64,000 nt of DNA from Camelus dromedarius (taxonomy: Eukaryota). The notes below the pieces were generated by a model. The model did not search any database, was not told the origin of the DNA, and saw nothing but the letters and a program-made list of their open reading frames with translations. The stretch is taken from contig NC_087436.1 in NCBI RefSeq assembly GCF_036321535.1, positions 39,062,001 to 39,126,000 of the forward strand, in the 5' to 3' direction. Each line of letters begins with the position of its first letter. Position 1 is the stretch's first letter. Positions 13,688-25,475 of the stretch are shown here, in pieces. Both the position numbers and the translations under genes were made by a program.

Positions 13688-16600
13688 CATAATTAAAAAA
13701 AAAAAAAAAAGAAGTGTCAAAAAGCTGTTCTGCATGATGTCATTGACCAGGGAGCTCACATTCCAACTGGTGGTTTTAATAGTATGCAGGAAGAGCCAAA
13801 GGCGCTTTTTAAAAGTTTTACTTAAACATGTTTTATTATAATGAAGTCTTCATTTTAATTGAGGTCCAGGTTGGGGCAGTCTAAAGAGGACAAGCAACTG
13901 AAAGCACTGGAATGACAAACATAGTAGATTCTCTCAGTCCAGAATGGTTTTAGAAATTCACCCAACACATTATCAAGTTATATTACCATTGGCTATGCTT
14001 GTGCTTAGGACTGATTTTCAATATACTATGGAAGAAAAAATTAATAAAGAATAACATTAAAATAATATTAAGTTAGAAAGGAATACTATTATGATATTAA
14101 GATATGGATCCAAAGCCTCTTAACTTACATGTGAAATTGATCATATTTTGAGGTAAGTGGTTTTTTCAGTTTTTAAATGTTACAGTTAAAATGCTATCAA
14201 TCAGCATGAAATTGTTTTGATGTGTCTGGAAGCTGATACCATAGAAACTAAAATTTTAAAATATGTAGTTGATAAGATTAACTCTTTGGAATGAAGACTA
14301 ATTCAAAACAATTTTTTTACAAGGAAAACATGAAAAGGCTCTTTAAGTTGATTTGCAAGTTAATTTTTATTACTAACACAATTTTGATTTTCAGTATGCA
14401 TCTTTCAAATACAGTCTTTTGGGATAAACAAAGGTGGAAATGTTAAACTAGTTAGCAGGAGAACATAGTCTATTTTAATAGAAAAATGTGGACAGTATAG
14501 ATACTTCTACTTTGAATAGAAATCAATGTGAAAATCTACTTTCTATTAAAAACAAACATTTCTTCGGTTCCTCTCTAATTATAATAACTGAGACTATTTG
14601 CTGTAATTTTTCATCTAAAGTTTCAACTCATTAGTATATATATGTGCTTGACCCCTAAAAGTGTGGCCCTTTCTAATGTGAGTGATGGGGCCAAAATGTA
14701 AAAGAGACATATTCAAAGATAAATTGACTAGAATTGTGCAATAATCAAACTCAAAATATAAGACAGTATTTAAATCATCTTAAAAATGGACACTTCACAC
14801 ACATGCAATGATACAGTATTTAAACTCAAGATGGAAAAAAGTTACCAAATTAGTGTACTTTTAGAGAGTGTTTTTAATCCATGGTAGAACAGAACTCTTT
14901 CTACCTATGTGATTGCTACTAGTAGAAAAATGCCTCACAACACATGTGGTATACATTTACAAAGCAACAGCTCTTCTCTCAAAAGGCTATTATTTGGAAT
15001 ACAAGACAAACATCATATTTTTGTGAGAACAGTAGTTCTCTAAGTATTCTCAATAGGAATCCGGTATCAGCGTGGCAGAATTAGCTCAAACATTAGCTTG
15101 AATGTTAGCAATCTAACTTTACTCCTTTTCAAGTAAACTGGAGATAATTACCCATACATTTTGTGATGATTTGACAATGACACTTTTGCTTTTCAGAATT
15201 ATATCTGCAAAATATGACTTCTTGAATCATTGATTTCTAATAAAAATATGACATTCATTTCCTTGTGAATGAAAAATGTACAACTTTCCTGCCATGTATT
15301 GTCTTTTTCTTGGTGCCTAGAATAAATTCAGATAGCTTAATACAATGATTATTTTGATCTAGTGCATGCAAAGAGGGGGATGGCTGTTTAATAATAATAA
15401 TCTTTAAGTTTGAAATGTCTGTTTCTCTCTATTTTTGGTCTAGTGAAAGTTTTAATGAACAATATAATGCATATCAATTTCTAGAATTGCAGTATCTAAA
15501 ATGTAAGGATAAAAGGAAGTAACTTCTAGCATTTATAAAAATAAAACAACATAACAGGATATGATCCTGGCTCACAAATCTTCCTGCTAAACCCCCCATA
15601 TCTTAAAACATTGACACCAGAATGATTGGACCACTATAATAAAGTTTGAAACAAGTAAGTATTTTATGTGGGGGATTTCTGAGAATTCCTAAGAGAATAA
15701 TGAAATACCAGGCATTATTTTTTTTAGAAAGTCTTTAGGAATCAATTATTATATCTTACAATTTGAGAGAATTATTGCTATATCAATTTAAGATAATTTA
15801 GCAATATAACCTTAGAAAGTACTCATCTTTTCTTTTCTCAGTAGCTAAACAAGCTAGTATCTGGGTGATTCCATTACTAATACAACTTACTGTGATTTCT
15901 TCAGCTTTTTATTTTCTTGTTTCCAAGGGATTACTTGTATCTTGGCAATTTTTTAAAATTTTAATCTGTGAAAGAGACCATGATAGTGATAAATTCAAGA
16001 GTTAAAAAGTAAAACAAAGCAAAATATTTTAAAACCTAAGAAAGTTGTGAATACTCAAGGTGTTTTTATTTTAAAATATTCTCAATACTCACTTATAATG
16101 TAAAATACTTTGAACTTCCTTGTATTTAGTACTTTGGGGGTATGGCAGTGAGGAGCAGGTGTTTGACTAATTGTCTTACGGTCTTGCTAACAAGGGATGG
16201 GTCATGGAATTGTCCAAGCAACTGCTTAACTTCTTTTGAACATCCTAATGATGGCTTTCTAAAGAAGCACCACTTGTTGCATAGGCTTCTGCAGCATGCT
16301 TTCTATAACTAAGTAAATGGTCATGACCTACAGTTGCATAATAACAGACACATCCATCTACCACTTCCTTAAATCCACTAATAGCTTTTTTCTTCACATC
16401 AACCCTCACTCCACGTAACACATATCACAAAACCTACTGCCCAACAATTCTTCTTGGACCTTTAATGATACATGAAGTGACACCAATGACCTAATCCACC
16501 CCTAACCTTAATCTCATATTTCTGTGATGAGCAACAAAAATGAATAATGCATCAAAAGTCATTCTACTAATGAGAGAATCTCAGAATATCAGAGCTGTTC

Positions 16601-17204
16601 ATGATATAAGAGATTAAATAATCTGATCTTCTCATCTGACAAATGAGGACACCTGAACCCAGAGTCTATTCCTGTCTCAGGCTGCTGACTTTGAATAGAT
16701 TAAAAATAAATCCTATACCTAAACCTTTCTGTTCCCTACACATTACACCATTTACCTTCTGAAATGTATAACTGTCTTACTCTCAAATATTTCTTTCTTT
16801 CTGAGAAGTCTATATATCAAGTCTAAAAACAAATCTGAATTTTACAGATTTTTAAAAGTATTTCAGAGAAATGCTTAAAATAACAGCATGAAAATCCTTT
16901 TTAAAGGAATTATTATTTACTGGTATACTCCCATTGGAAACTTCTCCCATCTTATATTCCTTGCTGTTACTGCTGATGAAAATTAGCATATCCTATTTCA
17001 TTAATTCTATCCTAGACTGAGGCACATACAAGAAAATACGTAGTTTCAATTGAGAGAGTTTAGTTGCCTAGACTATCTCATATTAATGAAGTAAAGGGAA
17101 TTAAGACTATGAATTACATATAAGTGCCATCAATGCATAAAATGAATTTTTCTTCAAATTCTCTATGCATCAGCAGAAAAGGAAGTGATTCACTCTCACA
17201 TGTG

Positions 17205-17244
17205 CATACACACACATACACACACATACACTCACACACACACA
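17205..17244 (+). repeat. Imperfect (CA)n, read as (UG)n in the 3' UTR
   Basis: Seen directly. Confidence 0.9.
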
Positions 17245-17376
17245 AACTTGGATAAATGATCTATGAGAACAAGCCAAGATCAAAAGTGAATTTAAATCTT
17301 TTGGAAAAGTCAAAAATACTGGAAAGAAACGTTTTTTTTAAATTATTGTAAGTGGCACAATCAGTTCTTTTAACTT

Positions 17377-17919
17377 TTATGTTTGGCGTCTCCATCCCCT
17401 TGGGTGTGGGTTATAGTTGCAATTGGCTACTGAAAGACAGTAATCAGACCTAGTCTCCATGGACATTATTTCAGAATCATTTCTGGAAGGCTGCCTGTAA
17501 TACTCATATGGCACCTGTGAACCATATTGGGAGTTGGTGGGCATATTGTTACTGGGTAGGGATGCAACATTATACTCTTGCCTTCCAAATGAGCCCATAT
17601 TGGCCTTCTGGGTTTGGGGAACATAGGCCAGTCTTTCATTCCACTCTTTTGGCGGCCCTGGAAGCACCTTCCTCTGAGCTGCGGAGACCACATTTGCCAC
17701 AATGGATTCCTGGATGTTTCTGGGTGTAAAGGCATCATCCACTAGACCAAGAGGAGACTTGGCTGCTGCTTCCCAAGGAGTTAGTCTCTTGTTTGCTTTC
17801 TCTAGCCCATCAGTTGGTTTGCTAGAGTAGCTATAAGCAGGCTGAAATACCCAAGGAGATGCTGTAGAGATGATGGGCGGTACTGGTCTTCCGGGAAGAG
17901 AAAGAGAGCGTTCAATCTC
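17377..17919 (-). CDS. SYNPO2: SYNPO2 distal terminal coding exon of the long isoform (EIERSLSLPGRPVPP...TPWEAAAKSPLGLVDDAF...NPHPRGWRRQT*)
   Basis: 543 nt = 180 aa + stop. Acceptor ttttcattatttccag|GAG; phase 0 fits the exon 4 donor. Extends ORF 17377-17742 and carries the podin-family C-terminal motifs. Confidence 0.95.
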   Translation of the reverse strand, partial: EIERSLSLPGRPVPPIISTASPWVFQPAYSYSSKPTDGLEKANKRLTPWEAAAKSPLGLVDDAFTPRNIQESIVANVVSAAQRKVLPGPPKEWNERLAYVPQTQKANMGSFGRQEYNVASLPSNNMPTNSQYGSQVPYEYYRQPSRNDSEIMSMETRSDYCLSVANCNYNPHPRGWRRQT

Positions 17920-18862
17920 CTGGAAATAATGAAAATGTTAAAATATCTCATTCATTTTGGTTTATTCTGATTGACTGTTATTCCAAAGTATTTTCCACAC
18001 CATTGCCAAGCACTGTAAAAATCAAATCTCCACAATGCTTAGTCCTAAAGCCAAGATAGGCTGCCTTTGCCTAGTATATTATCAACTCTGGTCTGGGACT
18101 TGGCCCTCACTTGGAACTTCCTCCTTGCTCTCCTTTTCTGAACCCATAGCTCCAATTGCTACCATCTTTCTTAGGTATAACCACCATGGCAAGGGCCCTG
18201 TCATCACTGAGAGCCACCCTTACTTCTGTCTGCCGTCCAGGTATTCATGGCTACATTCACAGCCCACCCTCATTCTAGTCCTATTCTCCTGGTACAAAAG
18301 AAATATAACATATTGGTAACTCCAGAAACAGACCATAAGCTGCTGGGCTTTGTACTTTTCTCAGGTGACTTTTAATCTGTTATCTTATTTTGATCCACAG
18401 AATATAGAGAAAAACAAACAAAAGCTACTTAGATGTATTTAATGTTGCCAGTCTGATGACATAGATGGCCTTTTCTGTCTTAGTTCTATGTATGTACTGA
18501 TGAAGATCATATGGATCTTTTCTGAGTGTGGTATACTCCCCTTGTCTCTAAAGGAAACACTCCAGCTGTTTGTTTCATTTGTCCTTTCCTTCCTTTTGTG
18601 TGTATTTCATTGAGAGTGTGTGTCCCTGCAACATTCCTTTGTGTATGCTAAATGTTTAGTTTGTTTAATATGCAGAAATATAATTTATTGAAATCTCCTG
18701 TATTCTCTTCTTTTACCCCTTGTGTATCTCCAGGAATCTTGAAATCTGGTTATCTACATTATTTCCTTACACACTCCCAACTGCGTAAGACTCTTAGACA
18801 AACTCCTGGCAAAAAATAGTAAAGGCACACTTAGGAAAATGAATCAACTTTGAAAGTATCAA

Positions 18863-18953
18863 GAGGTGGATGGGTATAGCTCAGTGGTAGAGCACATGCT
18901 TAGCAAGCACAAAGTCCTGGGTTCAATACCCAGTACCTCCATTAAAAAAAAAA
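18863..18953 (+). mobile_element. Short tRNA-derived SINE of camelid type (vic-1-like)
   Basis: A box TAGCTCAGTGG, B box GGTTCAATACC, ends ccagtacctcc plus an A tail; imperfect TSD aaagtatcaa/aaagttcaa. Confidence 0.8.
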
Positions 18954-20842
18954 GTTCAAAACATTATTGAATGATATTGTAATAACAAAGACATCAGGGA
19001 TTGTTTTTTCAGCTAAGGTATAAACATTAATCAGTTGAATGTTGCGGGGAAGAGTAAAACTTTGAAGTATACTCTTGAAAGAGTAAGTCAAAGTTTTCTG
19101 AGGAGAAATTTAGAATAGCACTGAAGTTAAAAAAAAAAAACTCCCGTAGAATACACATATGCCATATATAGTAGTAGTGTAGAGTATGAAGGAAGAATGT
19201 GCAATGACCTCAGTGAACGAAACGACTGTTAACTCTTTCACGTACTGCTCAGACTGCCAAACGTGCCTTCAGACTCCTTTAAGTGCTAACAATAGAATAA
19301 AATTACAAATTGTCTTAGGTTAGAGATGCAAATGTGGTATAAATAAATAGTTCTTTAGGTACGTTGTTCTTTCTGTTTGTGCCAAAAATATTGCAGGCGC
19401 CTATTCTCTGCCTGCACCAAAACCCCTAATTCTAATGTATTTCCTCAAAGCAATTCTCAACATCTTGTTCTTTGGTGCCATTTCCTTCTGTCCATTTCTG
19501 GCCCGAGGCTCATGCTGTTCTCTGTTCGGCTGGCTAAACATGTTGAATTGGTTATTTTTTGTGTATTATGTATGATGTGTCATCAGAATGCTTCTTTATT
19601 TTTGTCTCCTATTACCCTTTAAATGTTTTTAATGAAAGAATGTTTTTCACTGCTGCCAAAAACTTAACAGGTCCTGTGACATTCTGCTTCCTTTTAGAAA
19701 TGGTCCTATGTCACCTTAAGTTACCGAAACCACTTTATTTCAACATAGAATATCCAAGCCTTTGGAATAACAAACTCCAGTCTCCACTTAGAGTTAAATC
19801 TCTCCTTCCCCAACCGGGGCCCTTTCCAGGAGGATCACTTTCCTTCAGGGAAGGCACTGTGGTTGGCTTCTTCATGCTTTCCTCTTTGTCTCTTAGCTTG
19901 CTAACCCTGACTTCTGGCCCCCTGGAGTTAGAGTGCAAGGATTGAAAAAAAAAAAAAAGGGCAGAAGGAAATTTTTACTTGGTTTGGTAACATCATATTC
20001 TGGCTTTTCACTCTCAGAGTCAGGTAGGCCCAGAGAAGGAAACTTTTGAAGAATATTTGAGGATTCCTATCACTGGGGACATCTTGTCTGTAGTCCTTGA
20101 TTCATGCCGATTCATCTCTGTTCCAGGGGTTAACTTGGAAGTCAATCTGCACCACCTAGAAAGCTGTCTTCATACACCTTTAGCAACTAGAGTCTGTTTG
20201 CACCCGTGGAAAGGCCCTAAGACGACCCCTTGCTCTCCCTTGCTCCTGGCCTGGTTTACAGCTCTGGTCTACAGGGAACATTCACATCATTTGAATGTTA
20301 GGAGCGGAGCTGTGAATTTCCTGATTCAGTGCCAAAACTGTTTGTCAGCCCAACTCTCATTCTACAGACAGATATCCTAAGAGGGAGTCAGACTTCAGTC
20401 CACTCTGACCTCCCATCCATCCTGCTGACATCTGGTATCAAGTTCTCTAAGAAGCCACTTTTCTCACAAAGCTGGAGGTGAGTGGGTAGGGCTCCTCTGT
20501 TCCACCTACTCCAAACGCACACTCTGAGCTTCAGCACTGCAGAATTCCTCCTCACAAAATCCTCTTCCCTTGCCAGACTCTGACCCCCTTTAATAACATG
20601 GACCTAACTAAGGGGTTTAAGAATTGTGGAAGTGGTTTGCTATTCTTTGAACATGCCAAGGACACTTATGTCTACTATTTTCTTTGTAAAGTCAGTATTT
20701 TAATTTGGAACTTCACTTCAGCGTGCAGCATCTCATATTTGATGGCCTTAGGGGGGAACTTTGACTATACTATCCTGTTATAGAACATTATCAGCTTTAT
20801 TAGAGCATAGAGTTCTCTTATTTTTCTTTTAAAAAAAAAACA

Positions 20843-20898
20843 TAGACTAAAAATAGAATGAACATTTTTGTAGGCTAAAAATAGAATGAACCTTTTTT
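20843..20898 (+). promoter_or_regulatory. 28-bp tandem duplication carrying two consensus MEF2 sites
   Basis: CTAAAAATAG at 20847-20856 and 20875-20884. Confidence 0.45.
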
Positions 20899-21649
20899 TC
20901 TACTAATTAATTTTGAGAAATTTCTCTAATAACTTCAAATAGTCTTAAGAGTTGAACCTTCTACCTCACCCAGGCCTTCTTTGCTCTAGAGAAGGGGGTT
21001 CACTCATTGACAGGGCATCTCAGTCCTTAAGCTCTAATTGTTGAGAACTCCTTCTTTCCAGTGAACCAAACTTTGCCTCCCATAACTTTACCCCACTGAT
21101 CCTGATAACACAGAATACATCTCCTTACATTCATATTCAGCCTTTTCTTCCCACATTCCCAGTTGCTTCCACCCTCCTGGAACACCTTCACCTTCCTGTT
21201 GCTATCCTTCACTTTTCAAACTAAAGAGAAAGAACATCTGTGATGTTCATTCTCTCAAGTTTTCTGTATCCTTCTTCCCCTAGTTTGTTAGGTAAAGCTA
21301 ATATAGATATAATATTTTGATCTCCTTAAGTAGATGGTACGTATGTAAACACAAACACCAAAAGCAAACTCAAAAAGATGTCATTCAAACTGACTGAGGG
21401 GTTATGTCTTCTGGCAGGTGGCACAGTTAATATTGCATGTGCCAACAGTCTGTGTGTATTTAGAGCAGTGTATCATTTAAATGTTGCACCCATGAGAATA
21501 CATGTCAGTCTTTAGCTGGTCCAATATAATGCATGCAATATTAGGCGGCAAATATTCTCACAGAACTCATGAATCACCTGATGTTACATATTCCCGCTGA
21601 AAGGATAAATACAAAGGAGGCATTTTCCTACCTCTGCCTTCAAAAATAG

Positions 21650-21900
21650 CTAACACTAGTATATCACATACTAAGTGCCACGTGGTGGGTGCTGATTGCT
21701 TTACATGGAGTATTTCATACAGTCCTCATGACAACCCCATGAAGTAGGCACCTTTATGGGTCTCTATTTTCCAGATGAGAACAGTGAGACTTAAACAGGG
21801 TAAGTAATTTCCTCAAGGGTAGAAAGCTAGTAAGTTCTGGAGCAGGGGGAGTTGAACCCAGGGAGTCTTGTATCAAGGATCTTAATTGAATACATATTGC
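21650..21900 (-). mobile_element. MIR
   Basis: cctcatgacaaccccatgaagtagg...cagatgagaacagtgagact...aagtaatttcctcaagg. Confidence 0.75.
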
Positions 21901-22699
21901 ACTACACTTGCATTGAAATTATTTTGGAAGAACATCTGTTCAAAAAAGATTTGAATCCAAGCAAACTAAATAGGAGATGTTAGAAATTTTGGAAAAGGTC
22001 ACTGAAATTTTGATAACATTTGGATTAATTAATACTGGCACTTTGCCATTTGTCACAGGAACAAGTAGGCGCCAGTGCATAGGGAATACATCCCACATAG
22101 ATGCACTCCTCTCTATGAAGATGAGACACAGGGCACTCTGTATTCAAGTCAGCTGAAAAGCCCAGAGGAGCTGGGGGCTTTCTCCACTTACCATAAAACA
22201 TCTTTCATGTCAATTAGATGTTGACTTAGCCACATAGCTTGTTAATGAAGCTGCTTAGTTAGCTTCCTTGTTAAACTGGTAACCAATTTAACTGGCAGGA
22301 AACACTTGACATTTTAAAAAAGGAAGGGTCATCTGAGGCTTACCTAGAACAAAGAAGTGAATTCTAAAGCAATGCAAATAGCCCTAGAAGCCAAGGAAGT
22401 TTAAAGTGATTTATATTTTGAAGTTTAAACTGTTTAATACCATAAACCTTAAAAGCTAAAAAATTCTCTTGGTTGAAATCCTGCTTACACATGCACAGTA
22501 GAGTCTCCAGCTGACACGTTATTTCAACTCCTTCGACTCGCATCTTCTCTAACCACACGTGATCAGTAAATATTCATCACAGACATACACTCTACCATAA
22601 GTGGATTCTAATAAAAGCCAACAGGAATAAATAGCATTTCTTTTGCCCTTTAAATCACTGATTAGAATTTCTACAAAGCAGAGGCCCATGAAGGGGCAC

Positions 22700-23490
22700 A
22701 TGGATAGAAGAAAGCACCAGACATTCTCCACTTTTCCATTTGCTCAGGTCAGAATCTTTGGAGTGATTGTTGACTCTCCCCCATCTCTTACACCCCACAC
22801 CTGAAATGTCAGCACTAACTTTAAAATACATCCAGCGTCTGACCACTCCTTACAACCTCCACTGGTACCATCCAGGGCTAACCCATAATACTCTCTTTCC
22901 TGGATTATTGCTATAGTCTCATAGTTTCCCTAGTTCATCCTTCCTCCTTTACTCTATTCTCAATATGGCAGCCAAGATTATCCTATTAAAACCTAAGTCA
23001 GATTATGTCATGTAGTCCTCTGTTTAAAACTCTTGTCATGACTTCTCATTTCAAAACAGGAAATGACACACAAGGCCCTACAAAATCTGCTGTTTTCACC
23101 ACTCCGTATGTCTCTGATTTCACCTCTGCTGGTCTCTCCCTCTCACTTTGCTCCAACCACACTGGCCTCTTTGCTGTTCTTTGAACAGATCAGTTATACC
23201 CTCACCTCAGGACTTTTATGCTTGCTGATCCTCTGCCTGAAACACAGTACTCCAGATAACAGCATGAGCCTACTTCATTTCCTTCAGGCCTTACTCAAAT
23301 ATCATAGGATCACTGTTTGGTTATGCTCAATCTCTCTCTCTCTCTCTAAAATTTTTTATCCCCCTATCCTCCCCTTAGGTTTATACCTATGTAACATAAT
23401 AAGTATTTTATTTAATTATTTTGTTTGTCTGATTCTCCCCACTAGAATTTACCTCCATCTAAAGAAAAGGTTATTGTTTTTTTCACTAAG
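22700..23490 (+). mobile_element. L2 fragment
   Basis: ttgactctcccc...cctggattattgctatag...aaacctaagtcagattatgtca...cctcaggac motifs. Confidence 0.75.
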
Positions 23491-25299
23491 ACATCCCTTT
23501 AATTAGGAAATTTGGTTATCTTCACCAAACTTTTTGGTCATGTCCTAAGATGTAGCCCTTCTCACGTGTCAGTTACATGTGGTGAGAGACCCACATAGGT
23601 AGACCCATCCCTGTCACCCCCAGTACGTACACACCAACATGCAGGCCAAGACACATTTGGCAAAACAGATAGGGTTAATCAACATTTACAAACAAATCAA
23701 TTTTTCTAAACAGAGAGAAGATTTGTAACATGTAAGTAAATGATTTACACTTAAGTCAGTGGAAGTGTGAGGATTTTAAACTACTTTGATTCCCCAAATG
23801 AGAAAAGTCGTAGAAAATTATGCATGAGTCCTAAAGAGGGCCCAAAATGTATTTGCAAGATTTAAAAATTAAGACCCAAGAAGAAAAAGATAATGGAAAT
23901 TGGGATGAGTTAGAGTTGGAGAAGAGAAAGTTGAAAGTTAATTTACCATTTATTATGAGACGGCAAGCAGGTTTAGGAAATAGCAGTTTCTACTAACTAA
24001 TCTCTAGGGACACTTCTAGCTCTAAAAAGTCTTCAGTTTACAAATTTTCTGACAGTAGAAGCTGGTCAATATTGGAAGAAGTTTCTTCATAGGGATGTAG
24101 AATCACTTTATCTAGAGATCTTTACATATAGAACAAATGCCTCCCTTGAGATGATTTAGATACAATTAAGTAGTCTGGGGCTTAAGGAGAATTTTAAGGT
24201 CATTTTTGTTTTAGTCTCTTAATAAAACAGTCCCTCTCTCATATTCCCTGGAACCTGCCTTTTTAAAGTGAGTCTTAAGTCTTCTTCCACCAAGTGGAGT
24301 TTTTAGAATTCTGTTACAATGCCTTCTTATCTAAAAAATGGAGGAGTGTCAATTTCTTTAGACAGAAATAAGCTGTATTATTCTGCTCACCAAGAATAGT
24401 GCAGAGAACCAAGACTAATAAGTCCATTACTGAAAAAGTAGCCAAGTAACGATACATTGCTTAAATAGTTCCATCAATGCAATAAACATACATAGACATC
24501 AAAATAAGAGATAACATCTTGTAGCTAGAACTTCTCATCGTGGCTTTGCCATTGACCATTTATCTTATTTTGTCTTACATTAACTATCAGACTAAACTTT
24601 TGTTCCTAAAACAATAAACTTCTTTTAAAAAGTTTTATTCTATCTTTGAAGGAAATCTCTTTGTGAGAAAGCCTAAGAGTTGTGACTGACAATGGAAGCC
24701 AGCATGTTACACTGGAAAGAATGTGAGTTTGGACCTCACACTGACCTGGGAGTCCTGCCTTTGCCTGTTGTTACTCATATGATTCATCCTCTCCTAGCCT
24801 TACTTTCCTTGGTTGTAAAATGGTAAAAATGCTAGCTACTGTTTCAAGATTATGGATATTATGTTTATAAAATCAAATGCCACGTAGCACAACAGATTAT
24901 TCTTGTTATTGTGAGAAGAGTCCATGACGCCTTAAAAGGTGTCAGAGACCTGGCAGAACCTTTTGTTCAAGAGGCAACTGCACAGGCAGGCTGCTGACCC
25001 AGGATAAAAATAGGAGGGTGCATTGCCTTTGAAGTGGCATTAGCAGCGCACGCCTCAGATATTGCTGTGCCAGCCACTGCCCCCTCCCAGCAGAACGCAG
25101 GCAGCAGGGCTGGCCAGAAACATCGCCGCTGACCTCATCTCTCTGCTAGCTCTGGGTGTGCCAAAGTATAGGCTTCTTGATCTTTTTTAACCTTCTGTTA
25201 CAGAAGAATAAAAATAACCATATTCAGTTTAAGGCCCTGAAGGCTGATGTCAGGGAGGATTCTGTGCATCTACTTCTGTGGACCCTTCCATCTTAGAAG

Positions 25300-25475
25300 C
25301 AATAATAACAATAACTGAAATGTATAGAACTTGTACTATGCACTAGTCACAGTTCTAAGTTATTTTTTGTCTATTAACTCATTTAATCCCACCAACAATC
25401 CTACAATCCCCAATTTCTGCAAATAAGGAAACTGAGGCATAGAAATTAGGTAATTTACCTAGTCACACAACTCGT
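25300..25475 (-). mobile_element. MIR
   Basis: aactcatttaatccc...aaataaggaaactgaggcataga. Confidence 0.75.

Larger units (their letters stand above)
13682..17376 (-). other. SYNPO2: Probable ~3.7-kb 3' UTR of the long isoform
   Basis: AT-rich and nearly free of transposons from the stop codon to AATAAA hexamers at 13832-13837 and 13682-13687. Confidence 0.65.

Noticed and set aside
18863..18953. tRNA gene
   Set aside because: It has A and B boxes but ends in an A tail with a TSD-like flank and lacks a proper acceptor stem, so it is a SINE.
23063..23506. 147-aa ORF
   Set aside because: Lies in a decayed L2; low-complexity Leu/Ser-rich translation.
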